Part shown: piece after piece, positions 11,134-20,336 of the stretch
Position numbering within the stretch: position 1 is the stretch's first letter
How the letters are laid out: the number at the start of each line of letters is the position of its first letter
Assembly (NCBI GenBank): GCA_964458415.1
Contig: CAYWIT010000008.1
Coordinates: forward strand, 1,108 to 65,107
Source: an uncultured Rhodospirillaceae bacterium
GTDB lineage: Bacteria; Pseudomonadota; Alphaproteobacteria; Micavibrionales; UBA2020
Length of the DNA stretch: 64,000 nt
Direction: 5' to 3'
Position numbers and translations under genes: made by a program
The notes under the pieces: model-generated
What the model was told of the DNA's origin: nothing
Database searches by the model: none
Seen by the model: the letters and a program-made list of their open reading frames with translations, nothing else

Positions 11134-11917
11134 ATTTCCCGAAAATCTTTCCGAGGCCCGTATTTTAATTTCCAACGATGACAGCATCCATTCGGACGGC
11201 ATCAAGGTGCTGGAGGATATTGCGCGGTCATTGTCGAACAATGTCTGGGTCGTGGCGCCGGAAATGCAGCAATCGGCGGCAGGCCATTCCCTGACCATTC
11301 ATATGCCCTTGCGGATCAAGGAATATGACGCCCGCCATACGGCGGTTTACGGGACGCCGACGGATTCCGTTCTGGTCGGAGTCCAGAAGGTTATGAAAGA
11401 TATTCGCCCGCATCTGGTGCTCTCGGGGATCAATCACGGGCAAAACACGGCGGATGACGTGACTTATTCCGGGACGGTCTCGGCCGCGATTGAATCAACG
11501 CTGATGGAAATTCCATCTGTGGCATTCAGTCAGGATATGGATGAAACCTTCGGGAGCAAGTCTGACTGGTCCATTGCGCGTGAATATGCCCCGCGCATAT
11601 TGAAAGCGCTGCAGGGCAGGACATGGGAAAACAATATTCTTCTCAATGTCAATTTTCCCGTTAAAAGGCCGGGCGTGACGCCGGAAATCCGCGTGGTGCC
11701 GCAAGGTCATTACACGATGAAAGAGCAGGAGATGGTGAATTGCATTGATCCGCGCGGCCGTCCCTATTTCTGGATCGGGCCGCCGCCCGCCCGTAACGAG
11801 CTTGATCAAAGCTTCGATGTCGGGGCGCTGAAAACGGGGCATGTCACTGTAACGCCGCTGTCGCTGAATTTAACGCATCATTCCACGCTTAAAACCATGG
11901 AGGGATTATTCCGGTGA
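11126..11917 (+). CDS. surE: 5'/3'-nucleotidase SurE
   Basis: 263 aa. [17 protein letters not shown] and [22 protein letters not shown] motifs. Overlaps the serS stop and the pcm start. Confidence 0.9.
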   Translation: MLKFPENLSEARILISNDDSIHSDGIKVLEDIARSLSNNVWVVAPEMQQSAAGHSLTIHMPLRIKEYDARHTAVYGTPTDSVLVGVQKVMKDIRPHLVLSGINHGQNTADDVTYSGTVSAAIESTLMEIPSVAFSQDMDETFGSKSDWSIAREYAPRILKALQGRTWENNILLNVNFPVKRPGVTPEIRVVPQGHYTMKEQEMVNCIDPRGRPYFWIGPPPARNELDQSFDVGALKTGHVTVTPLSLNLTHHSTLKTMEGLFR

Positions 11918-12633
11918 CAGGTATCGCCCGCAAGATACGTTTGATTATGAAGTTGCGGAAATGCGGTATTACAGACACTGCGGTGCTGTCTGCCATTGAG
12001 AGGGTCCCGCGCGAGACGTTTATTCCGCCGACGTTCCATGATCAGGCTTATGAGGATACGGCTTTACCAATCGGACGGGGGCAGACCATCAGCCAGCCGC
12101 TGGTTGTGGCGTCGATGACGCAGGAACTGAAAGTAAATGACCGTCACAAGGTGCTTGAAATCGGTACGGGGTCGGGTTATCAGGCGGCTATTCTGGCCAA
12201 GCTCTGCCGCCGTGTTTACAGCATTGAAAGGCATCGGCCTTTGCTTGAAACGGCGGAACACCGCCTGAACGATCTGAGGATACGCAATATCACCTGCAAG
12301 GCGGGTGACGGGATGAAAGGCTGGATCGAACAGGCGCCGTTCGATCGCATCATCGTGACGGCCGCTGCGGGAGATGAACCGCCGCAGGCTTTGCTGGACC
12401 AGATGTCCATTGGCGGAATCATGATTATTCCGATGGGGCGTGACAAGGCCAGCCAGTTTATTTATCGCATTACGCGACAGGAAGAGGGCTATCGTTCAGA
12501 GCAGCTGATGCCGGTGCGTTTTGTGCCCTTGCTGCCGAATATCGCGCGTGAAAGCGGGCCTGAATCAATACAGTCAGAGCCGGAGGATGATGTCTATATG
12601 ATGAATCCGGCGTTTTCCTTTCAGATGGCCTGA
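11914..12633 (+). CDS. pcm: protein-L-isoaspartate O-methyltransferase (GTG start)
   Basis: 239 aa. VPRETFIP...QTISQPLVVASMTQEL...VLEIGTGSGYQAAILA SAM-binding motif. Part of the surE-pcm-nlpD synteny. Confidence 0.9.
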   Translation: MTGIARKIRLIMKLRKCGITDTAVLSAIERVPRETFIPPTFHDQAYEDTALPIGRGQTISQPLVVASMTQELKVNDRHKVLEIGTGSGYQAAILAKLCRRVYSIERHRPLLETAEHRLNDLRIRNITCKAGDGMKGWIEQAPFDRIIVTAAAGDEPPQALLDQMSIGGIMIIPMGRDKASQFIYRITRQEEGYRSEQLMPVRFVPLLPNIARESGPESIQSEPEDDVYMMNPAFSFQMA

Positions 12634-12636
12634 GGC

Positions 12637-13611
12637 ATGCGGGCGCGGATTTTTCTGATATCAACGGCGCTTTCGGCGTTTCTGGGCTTGGCCGCCTGCG
12701 TGGAACGCGTGGGAGCGCCAGCACCGGTCCTGCATCTGGGCGTTCACCCTGATTCCATTTCCGGGGCGGTCATGGTACAGGAGGGCGATAACCTCTGGCG
12801 CGTGGCGCAAAGATACAGGCTTCCGCTGCGGGATATTATTGATTTGAACAACATGACCCCGCCTTATGCCTTGCGTACCGGGCAACGGCTGCGTTTGCCG
12901 CCGCCTCTGGAACACAAGGTCGGGGAAAGGGATACGCTCTATGGCATTGCGCGGATTTACGGTGTTCCGGTTTCGCAACTGGTCCGTAACAATGGTCTCA
13001 AGCAGCCGTATACATTGAAAATCGGGCAGGTGGTGCGGATTCCCTCCAGCCGTTTGCGGCAAGAGCAACAACCGGTCAAACGTGTTGCGAAGGCCTCTGC
13101 TGCTGAACGAGGGGCTCTGTCTTCGGCGTCTCCTTCGTCCCGAAAAGAGGATATTGCCGTTTCGCCGGTTTTGAGCCTGCGTGAGGCTTCCGGCCAGAAC
13201 GCGCCGCAAGCGGTGACGACACTGAGGGAATCCGCGCGGCCGGGATTTGTCTGGCCTGTGCGGGGCAAGGTTATTTCATCTTACGGCGCCAAGGCCGGAG
13301 GATTGTATAATGAAGGCATTAACATCGCGGCACCGCGCGGCACGCCGGTGGCGAGTGCGGCTGACGGGGTTGTTGCTTATGTCGGCAATGATCTGGCCAG
13401 CTATGGCAATCTTGTGCTGATAAGACATGGCGGCGGAATCGTTTCCGCCTATGCGCATATGGACTCCGTGACGGTGTCAAAGGGCAGTCGTATTTACAAG
13501 GGGCAAACGATCGGCACGGTCGGAACTTCCGGCACGGTTTCGAATGCGCAGTTGCATTTCGAGATACGCAAGGGCACTGAGACCCTTGATCCCCTGCAGT
13601 TTTTGGGCTGA
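12637..13611 (+). CDS. nlpD: LysM + M23 peptidase lipoprotein (NlpD-like)
   Basis: 324 aa. Lipobox LGLAAC. Two LysM-like segments (VQEGDNLWRVAQRY; KVGERDTLYGIARIYG). C-terminal M23 motifs (GINIAAPRGTPV...HGGGIVSAYAHMD...LHFEIRK). Confidence 0.85.
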   Translation: MRARIFLISTALSAFLGLAACVERVGAPAPVLHLGVHPDSISGAVMVQEGDNLWRVAQRYRLPLRDIIDLNNMTPPYALRTGQRLRLPPPLEHKVGERDTLYGIARIYGVPVSQLVRNNGLKQPYTLKIGQVVRIPSSRLRQEQQPVKRVAKASAAERGALSSASPSSRKEDIAVSPVLSLREASGQNAPQAVTTLRESARPGFVWPVRGKVISSYGAKAGGLYNEGINIAAPRGTPVASAADGVVAYVGNDLASYGNLVLIRHGGGIVSAYAHMDSVTVSKGSRIYKGQTIGTVGTSGTVSNAQLHFEIRKGTETLDPLQFLG

Positions 13612-13620
13612 GTTTATTTT

Positions 13621-15792
13621 TTAATTGTGTGGCCGGACTTCAGGGCGAGATGTCTTGGGCTCGGCTTCGTATTTCAGCGCCGCGCGGGCCGCGAGCAGGG
13701 CGTTTATCTTTTCCTGCATCGTATAGATATCGCTCATCTGCATGGTGATATAGGCGTCAAGAGCGACTTGTTCCTGCTTGATTTCCCCGAGGCCGCCATC
13801 AATCCTGACAAAATATTCAGGATCAAAAAATTTCTCTTTTGTCAGCGCCAGCATGATTTCATTATAACTGGGGTTTGGGGAAATTTTCGCAGGGTCAACG
13901 CCGGCATTCGTCCGGATATCTTTAATCGTTGTCCCGACGCTTGTTCCCGGTATCGCGGCGCGCTGGGAAATGATAGAGGTGACGATTTCAGAAGCAACGT
14001 TGCGGATGGCCTTCAGATGCTCCTGCATCAGGATACGCTCGCGCCCTGCCGGCGTATCCACGACCTTTTCGGGCAGCCGGTCCAGCGCTCTGGGCATGAT
14101 CAGGTTGCGCAGCAAGGCCATGGCAGCGGCATATTCCTCGGGCTTGTTCAGGTCGATGGTATCTTTCAGCAAGAAGCCTTCAATATCAATATCGCCGTTG
14201 ACCAGCGTCCCGGGGGTCATAGGAGAAGGGCAGGCGCTTTTTCCGGCGTTGGCTGTCGGGTCATGGAAAACCGTGCAGTACTGATCCCACCGGTCCTTCT
14301 GGTCAGCCGCGGCACCGCTGGCGCTCGGCAATCCGGGGGCGCCTGTGGCTCTGTTCATGATGTCGTTTCTGAAGCCTTGGGACAGGGCGCGGCTGACGCG
14401 GGTCGTTTGAGCCATGGCCGGAGTATGGGAGCCTGAAACGCAGGCGAGCTCACTGGGAGAGGTTCTGTCTTGGGCGTCCCGCTCAAATTTCTGGATACGA
14501 TGCGCCGCGCGGGTCAGGTTGATGGAATCCATCATCGAGCCGATCTGGCGGGTCTGGTCGATGACGCTGGCATGGAGCTGGGCAGTCATGTTTTTGAGAG
14601 CCGGGCGGAATTCCGTTTTCCACCAATTATCAAGATAGTTCACAACCTGCTCGCCGCCCTGATAGTTCTGGGCGAAAGTGAGGCCTCTGTTGTCCCGTGT
14701 CCAGTTGCAGGGGTCAGTTGCAAAATTACCATTGAGCGGCGCCGTGGCTGCGTTGCAGGCAGGGGGAGCCCCTGCATCGAGGATTCCATCGCCATCCGCA
14801 TCCGGATCGACACTGTCAGCGATGCCGTCACCATCCGTATCAATGACGGCGGTAGGCCCCGCATCCGGAATGCTGTCGCCATTGGCATCGGGGTCAATCT
14901 CGTTAGGGATGCCATCGCCATCAATATCCGGGTCTGTAGTATCCGGGGTACCGTCGCCATCTGTATCCGCAATAGCAACGGCGCCGCCAATAGGGGTCAG
15001 GACAATATTAAGCCATCCGGTACTGGTTGCATCCAGAAGGTAGGTCTGTGCAAGGTTGTAACCGGTCAGCGCAATGCGAAGGTTATAAAGCGCCGCGGCA
15101 TTGCCGCCGAGAGCGGCATCGATAATGGTAACGGCCTCTGCATTTGTCGCAACCCCAAGACCGGCTAGAAGCAGGTTAAGCTGATCAGTCTCATCACCGA
15201 AAGCGGAGGCAAAAAGACTATTCATCACCATGAGGGCGTCGGCATCACCGTTCAAGGCGCGTTTGAATGTCAGCAAGCCAACGGTTCCGGTTCCGGCGAC
15301 AATGGTATTGACCAGATCTGTCGCATTCAAAGGATTAGCGTTAATCGGGTCATTCCATGCGGCAGCAAAGTTGCCACCGAGCTGGCTTTGCAGCGTATCA
15401 AGCGCGGCATTATTGAGCGCCAGTGCATTATTGATAGTTGTTGTTGCCGCCGCAGGTCCGCCCAATGCAGCGGAAATAGCGGCACGCAGAACAGGGCCGA
15501 CGGAGTCATATTGATCAGGAACCCACGCTCCCCAGATATCACAGCAGTATCCCGCAACGGCAAGATACGTTCCGGCTTCGCTATCGAAGAGAGCGATGGC
15601 GGCGGCGTTGCCGTTTAAGGCATCACGCAGGGTGACCAGATCGGAGGAATAGGGTTGGGCGGCGGCGGGCTTGACGAAGCTGGCGAGCAAAAGGATGACG
15701 GCAAATAATCCAAAGAGGCCACGCAGGAATCGTGCCGCAAACTCCCTCTTGCAGGGAACTCTCTGACCCCCGGAAAGCGTGTCGTTTTCCAT
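13621..15792 (-). CDS. large secreted repeat protein with thrombospondin type-3-like Asp-rich repeats; function unknown
   Basis: Start placed at the ATG at complement(15790..15792) (MENDTLSGG...), preceded by GAGG. A hydrophobic signal-like segment ends in AAAQ. Degenerate AL(N/G)G(N/D)AAAL repeats in the N-terminal half. DTDGDGTPD / DIDGDGIPN / DPDANGDSIPD / DTDGDGIAD / DPDADGDGILD repeats in the middle. The C-terminal ~380 aa are unrecognised. Confidence 0.7.
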   Translation of the reverse strand: MENDTLSGGQRVPCKREFAARFLRGLFGLFAVILLLASFVKPAAAQPYSSDLVTLRDALNGNAAAIALFDSEAGTYLAVAGYCCDIWGAWVPDQYDSVGPVLRAAISAALGGPAAATTTINNALALNNAALDTLQSQLGGNFAAAWNDPINANPLNATDLVNTIVAGTGTVGLLTFKRALNGDADALMVMNSLFASAFGDETDQLNLLLAGLGVATNAEAVTIIDAALGGNAAALYNLRIALTGYNLAQTYLLDATSTGWLNIVLTPIGGAVAIADTDGDGTPDTTDPDIDGDGIPNEIDPDANGDSIPDAGPTAVIDTDGDGIADSVDPDADGDGILDAGAPPACNAATAPLNGNFATDPCNWTRDNRGLTFAQNYQGGEQVVNYLDNWWKTEFRPALKNMTAQLHASVIDQTRQIGSMMDSINLTRAAHRIQKFERDAQDRTSPSELACVSGSHTPAMAQTTRVSRALSQGFRNDIMNRATGAPGLPSASGAAADQKDRWDQYCTVFHDPTANAGKSACPSPMTPGTLVNGDIDIEGFLLKDTIDLNKPEEYAAAMALLRNLIMPRALDRLPEKVVDTPAGRERILMQEHLKAIRNVASEIVTSIISQRAAIPGTSVGTTIKDIRTNAGVDPAKISPNPSYNEIMLALTKEKFFDPEYFVRIDGGLGEIKQEQVALDAYITMQMSDIYTMQEKINALLAARAALKYEAEPKTSRPEVRPHN
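14773..14967 (-). repeat. coding tandem Asp-rich (DxDxDGxxDxxD, TSP3/calcium-binding-like) repeats inside the 13621..15792 gene
   Basis: aa 292-356 of the track ORF: DTDGDGTPDTTDPDIDGDGIPNEIDPDANGDSIPDAGPTAVIDTDGDGIADSVDPDADGDGILDAG. Confidence 0.7.
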
Positions 15793-15864
15793 TAAAACCT
15801 CAATCCCGCCCTTTATCTTACAATGATAGCATAAAATCAAAGTATTTGGGAATTATTTAAAATT

Positions 15865-17340
15865 TTATCTACCCGGAATCTGGATATTAAAAAGACGGTT
15901 AAGTGCATGAGATATATTGAATATTATGTCTTCAGCAGTAAGCCCCAGACCGTGCAGTTTTGCGGCTTCGCCGTGGAGCCAGACTCCGGCGCAAGCGGCC
16001 ATAAATGGGGGCATTCCTTGGGCGACGAGTCCCGTGACCATGCCGGCAAGGACATCGCCTGATCCGGCGGTGGCCAGAGTGGCGGGGGCCTGATTATTGA
16101 TAACAGCGGTACCGTCAGGGGCAGCGATGATAGTATCGGCGCCTTTCAGGAGAAGGATTGCATTGGCGGTTTTTGCGGCGGTCAGGGCGCGTTGCAATTT
16201 ATTGCCTTCAAGAGAACCAAACAGGCGCTCGAATTCTCCCTCGTGCGGGGTGAGGACATAGCGTGGACTGAGTTTTTTAAAAAGGCTTGCCGGATCGTCT
16301 TTAAAAACCGAGAAGACATCGGCATCCAGTACGCCTGATTTATTGTAGGTGAGGGCGGAAAGAACGGCTTCCTGTGTGGCGGGTAACGCGCCGGCCCCCG
16401 GTCCGATCAGTAAAGCGTTCTTGCGTTCATCGCGCAGGATGTTTTTAAATTCATCCATGTCGTTCCAGACCTCTACCATTAGGCTGGCACGATAAAGGCC
16501 ATAGGTTTGGGCGCTTTCGGGTTGCGCAGCAATGGTGACGAGGCCGGATCCAATGCGTTGCGCAGCCGCGGCGGCCAGACGGGCGGCACCTGTGCGGTGG
16601 GCTCCGCCAAAAACAACCGTATGTCCGCGACTGAATTTGTGGCTGTTGCTGTCCGGCAGCGGAAAGTCCTTCAACCACAGGGCGGGATCGTTTTCAAAAA
16701 CTGATGTATTCAGGCCAGCGATAGTCTCGTCGCTGATACCGATAGAGGCAACGTGTATTTTGCCGCAAAAGCTGCGCGCGGGATAAAGCATATGTGCGAT
16801 TTTCTTGCGGCAGAAAGTGACAGTCAGCGCGGCCTGCAGGGTGCCTTCGGCGATATGCCCTGTGGAAACATTAATGCCGGAAGGAATATCGACGGCGATG
16901 ACGGGAATATTTTTTGTGCGGGCTTTATCAAAGAGCGTAATGGTTTCCGGCTCCAGCGCGCCGGAAAATCCTGTGCCAAAGATCGCATCCACAACAAGGC
17001 TTGTTTGGCGCAAGGAGAGGTTTGAATTCAGAGCTTCAATGTCGCCCTCCCATTCCTTTGCCGCCAGCGCGGCATCGCCCTTGAGGGCAGCTTTCCTGAC
17101 GAGGCAGGCCACGCGCACGGGCCAGCCCTTTTTTTTGAGCTGGCGGGCGATAATAAAACCATCGCCGCCATTATTGCCGGGGCCGCAAAGCACCAGAACG
17201 GAGCAGGGTTCAAATTGTTCCTGAATTTTGGCAGCGACGGAATTTCCGGCGGCTTCCATCAAGCGCAAGCCGGATGTGCCATCCGCGATTGCAGCAGCAT
17301 CGGCCTGTTTCATTTCTGCGGCGGTCAAAATCTCGAACAT
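15865..17340 (-). CDS. nnr: bifunctional NAD(P)H-hydrate repair enzyme (epimerase/dehydratase, YjeF family)
   Basis: 491 aa. N-terminal YjeF_N (VLCGPGNNGGDGFIIARQL) and C-terminal carbohydrate-kinase-like domain (TAGSGDVLAGMVTGLVAQG). Confidence 0.9.
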   Translation of the reverse strand: MFEILTAAEMKQADAAAIADGTSGLRLMEAAGNSVAAKIQEQFEPCSVLVLCGPGNNGGDGFIIARQLKKKGWPVRVACLVRKAALKGDAALAAKEWEGDIEALNSNLSLRQTSLVVDAIFGTGFSGALEPETITLFDKARTKNIPVIAVDIPSGINVSTGHIAEGTLQAALTVTFCRKKIAHMLYPARSFCGKIHVASIGISDETIAGLNTSVFENDPALWLKDFPLPDSNSHKFSRGHTVVFGGAHRTGAARLAAAAAQRIGSGLVTIAAQPESAQTYGLYRASLMVEVWNDMDEFKNILRDERKNALLIGPGAGALPATQEAVLSALTYNKSGVLDADVFSVFKDDPASLFKKLSPRYVLTPHEGEFERLFGSLEGNKLQRALTAAKTANAILLLKGADTIIAAPDGTAVINNQAPATLATAGSGDVLAGMVTGLVAQGMPPFMAACAGVWLHGEAAKLHGLGLTAEDIIFNISHALNRLFNIQIPGR

Positions 17341-17482
17341 GGAGGGATTATTGCAGGTTTGTGTGGGAGATCACAAGGGGAACAGGACTTTCGATATTTT
17401 TCATATTAACAATCTTTTAAGCAAGTTCTCATACAATACGAGTCAAGAATAAGCCAAACCAGAGTCGTCAGGAGGCGGTGTC

Positions 17483-18118
17483 ATGGATTCAAAATTTCTG
17501 AAGGGGGCGATTGCAGGACTCTCGTTACTGGCCGGGGCATCGGGCTATGTGCAGGCCAGCGAAACAAGAGGGCCTGATGCTTTGGAAACGCAGAATACGC
17601 TGTCTCAGAGAGACACGCTTTCAGGGGCTGATCAGCTGAAGAAGTTTGTAGAAAATGATAACAGTATGCGTGGCGGGTTGGCAAATGCCGAGGATGCAGC
17701 AAAACTGACAGAAAAGCTACAAAAGGACCAAGCCCGGGATCCGCAGTTTGCAAAAAAGATGGAGATGCTCTCGCAGTTCAGGTTCTCCATCGTGGTTGAT
17801 CCCGCTGCCGACGTGAGCCATATTGAAGATGGCTTGACGGGAAGGACTTATACGCTCCACGTCAGTGAGAGTGACCTGAAATCGGACAAGCCCATTCTTG
17901 ATGTGGCGCTTCAGGGGATCAGGAAAGGGTATCTGAATGACATCAAGGGGCTGGAAGGTCGGATGGATATGGTGAAGGATGATACCGATCCGCGCAGCAA
18001 GGCAATGGCGGGGAGATTTGCCCAGCAGATCGAGGCGGCACAAAAAACCGTGAGCGGTATATCGGAAATTCTTCCTGCGGCGCCTGCCGCCAAGCGACCG
18101 CCAGCGCTCTCGATGTAA
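17483..18118 (+). CDS. hypothetical secreted protein
   Basis: 211 aa. N-terminal signal-like peptide (AIAGLSLLAGASGYVQASE). No family recognised. Confidence 0.55.
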   Translation: MDSKFLKGAIAGLSLLAGASGYVQASETRGPDALETQNTLSQRDTLSGADQLKKFVENDNSMRGGLANAEDAAKLTEKLQKDQARDPQFAKKMEMLSQFRFSIVVDPAADVSHIEDGLTGRTYTLHVSESDLKSDKPILDVALQGIRKGYLNDIKGLEGRMDMVKDDTDPRSKAMAGRFAQQIEAAQKTVSGISEILPAAPAAKRPPALSM

Positions 18119-18140
18119 CAAGCTGCTTTCAGAGAAAAAG

Positions 18141-18216
18141 TGGGGCGATCGATGGGGATTGAACCCACGACATCTTGGACCACAACCAAGCGCTCTACCA
18201 CTGAGCTACGACCGCC
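18141..18216 (-). tRNA. tRNA-His (anticodon GTG)
   Basis: The reverse complement reads G(-1)GCGGTCG-TA-GCTCAGTGGTAGAGC...CTTGG-TTGTGGT-CCAAG...GTGGGTTCAATCCCCAT-CGATCGC-C-CCA. Cloverleaf folded by hand. The extra 5' G opposite C73 is typical of tRNA-His. CCA is encoded. Confidence 0.9.
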
Positions 18217-18297
18217 ACAATGTCCTTAGGACAGACATATGCCTATATCCTGTTGGATCGGGATTCGTCAAGTTTATAACATAAGAAACATGGCTGA

Positions 18298-18333
18298 TGC
18301 CTATTTTTTAGGCAGGTGTCCGTTTTTTAGGCA
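18298..18333 (+). promoter_or_regulatory. two adjacent 17-bp dyads (TGCCTA-N5-TAGGCA and TGTCCG-N5-TAGGCA); candidate enhancer-binding (NtrC-like, TGC-N11-GCA) sites upstream of glnB
   Basis: TGCCTATTTTTTAGGCA at 18298..18314 is a perfect dyad. TGTCCGTTTTTTAGGCA at 18317..18333 is imperfect. The sites lie about 65-115 bp upstream of the sigma-54-like element. Confidence 0.3.
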
Positions 18334-18395
18334 TTAAAAATAGCTCAAAAATTAAAAAATTATTATATTACAAAGGCTTGGTGTGAACCAAATCT

Positions 18396-18411
18396 TGGCA
18401 TGCTTCATGCT
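18396..18411 (+). promoter_or_regulatory. sigma-54 (-24/-12) type promoter candidate for glnB-glnA
   Basis: TGGCATGCTTCATGCT matches TGGCAC-N5-TTGCW in the GG and GC positions with correct spacing. It lies 34 nt upstream of the glnB ATG, which has the SD sequence AAGGGAGG. Confidence 0.45.
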
Positions 18412-18417
18412 CTATAG

Positions 18418-18783
<366 letters not shown>

Positions 18784-18810
18784 TTTAACAAACGGCCAGA
18801 GGAGGAAATA

Positions 18811-20280
18811 ATGGCAAAAAAAAGTATGAAAACAAAAAAAGAAAAATCAGCTGTTAAAGCGACAAAGGCAGGAAATAATTTCAGCGCGTTTTTCAAGAGC
18901 GTCAAGGAGAACGGGGTCGAGTATGTCTCGTTTCGCTTTACGGATATGCGTGGTAAACTGCAGCATACGGCGCAGCATATCTCAACGGTGGATGAGGACA
19001 TGCTGACGGACGGCATCATGTTTGACGGGTCGTCTATTGCGGGATGGAAGGCGATTAATGAATCCGATATGATTTTGATGCCGGATGTCTCGACAGCAAG
19101 AATGGATCCGTTTTCGGCGTTGCCGACATTGAACGTTTTTTGCGATGTCTATGAACCATCTACAGGTCAACCTTATAGTCGGGATCCGCGCTCTATCGCC
19201 AGAAGCGCCGAACAATATCTGCGGTCTTCCGGTCTTGCCGATACGTCTTATTTCGGCCCGGAAGCGGAGTTCTTTATATTCGATGATGTCCGCATTGATG
19301 TAAAAATGAACAAGGTTTCCTACGAAATCGACAGCACGGAGGGGCCCTATAACTCCGGCACGCAATATGAACATGGAAATATGGGGCATCGGCCCGGCGT
19401 CAAGGGCGGTTATTTTCCGGTGCAGCCAGTGGACAGTACCAATGATCTGCGCGGCGAGATGACTTCGACTCTGGCAAAGATGGGCGTGCCGATGGAAAAG
19501 CATCACCATGAAGTCGCGCCGTCACAAGTCGAGTTGGGGTTGAAGTTTTCGACACTGGTGGATAGCGCCGACAATATGCAGCTTTATAAATATGTCGTGC
19601 ATAACGTCGCGCATGCCTACGGAAAGACGGCGACTTTCCTGCCCAAGCCGGTTTTCGGCGACAATGGTTCGGGCATGCATGTCCACCAGTCGTTGTGGAG
19701 GGCAGGCAAGCCTTTGTTCGCAGGTTCCGGCTATGCCGATTTGTCCGAGACTTGCCTGTATTATATCGGTGGAATCATCAAGCATGCCAAGGCTTTGAAC
19801 GCGATCACCAATCCGACGACGAACAGCTATAAGCGTCTGGTGCCGGGATATGAGGCTCCGGTACTTCTCGCCTATTCAGCGCGCAACCGCTCCGCATCGT
19901 GCCGGATTCCATTTGCAACATCGCCGAAAGGAAAACGGGTCGAGGTACGGTTTCCAGACCCAGCGGCCAATAGCTATCTGGCTTTTGCGGCAATGCTGAT
20001 GGCGGGATTGGACGGTATCCAGAAAAAAATTCATCCCGGCGAAGCAATGGACAAGAATCTTTATGATCTGCCACCGGAGGAACTGTCAGAAATCCCCACG
20101 GTTTGCGGCAGCCTGCGCGAGGCGCTGGCGGCGCTGCGGGACGATCATGATTTCCTGTTGAAGGGCGGCGTTTTCAGCAAGGATTTCATCGAAAGCTATC
20201 TGGAGCTGCGTTATGCCGAGGTCATGGCCTTTGAAACCATGCCGCATCCGATCGAGTATGCGATGTATTACTCGGTCTGA
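18811..20280 (+). CDS. glnA: glutamine synthetase type I
   Basis: 489 aa. GS-I motifs ([44 protein letters not shown], adenylylation-loop NLYDLPPEE). Carries an unusual Lys-rich N-terminal extension of about 20 aa. Confidence 0.95.
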   Translation: MAKKSMKTKKEKSAVKATKAGNNFSAFFKSVKENGVEYVSFRFTDMRGKLQHTAQHISTVDEDMLTDGIMFDGSSIAGWKAINESDMILMPDVSTARMDPFSALPTLNVFCDVYEPSTGQPYSRDPRSIARSAEQYLRSSGLADTSYFGPEAEFFIFDDVRIDVKMNKVSYEIDSTEGPYNSGTQYEHGNMGHRPGVKGGYFPVQPVDSTNDLRGEMTSTLAKMGVPMEKHHHEVAPSQVELGLKFSTLVDSADNMQLYKYVVHNVAHAYGKTATFLPKPVFGDNGSGMHVHQSLWRAGKPLFAGSGYADLSETCLYYIGGIIKHAKALNAITNPTTNSYKRLVPGYEAPVLLAYSARNRSASCRIPFATSPKGKRVEVRFPDPAANSYLAFAAMLMAGLDGIQKKIHPGEAMDKNLYDLPPEELSEIPTVCGSLREALAALRDDHDFLLKGGVFSKDFIESYLELRYAEVMAFETMPHPIEYAMYYSV

Positions 20281-20296
20281 TCGCGCACAAAAAATA

Positions 20297-20336
20297 TAAA
20301 AAGGGCGCCGCTCGCAAGAGGGGCGCCCTTTTTTAT
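20297..20336. terminator. bidirectional rho-independent terminator between convergent glnA and the 20333..21547 gene
   Basis: AAGGGCGCC (20301..20309) pairs with GGCGCCCTT (20322..20330). Flanked by an A-run upstream and a T-run downstream. Confidence 0.6.

Noticed and set aside
18141-18216. tRNA-His as the attachment site of a genomic island. The orphan secreted gene 17483..18118 abuts its 3' end.
   Set aside because: No integrase, no direct repeat of the tRNA 3' end and no other mobile-element hallmarks are visible on either side.
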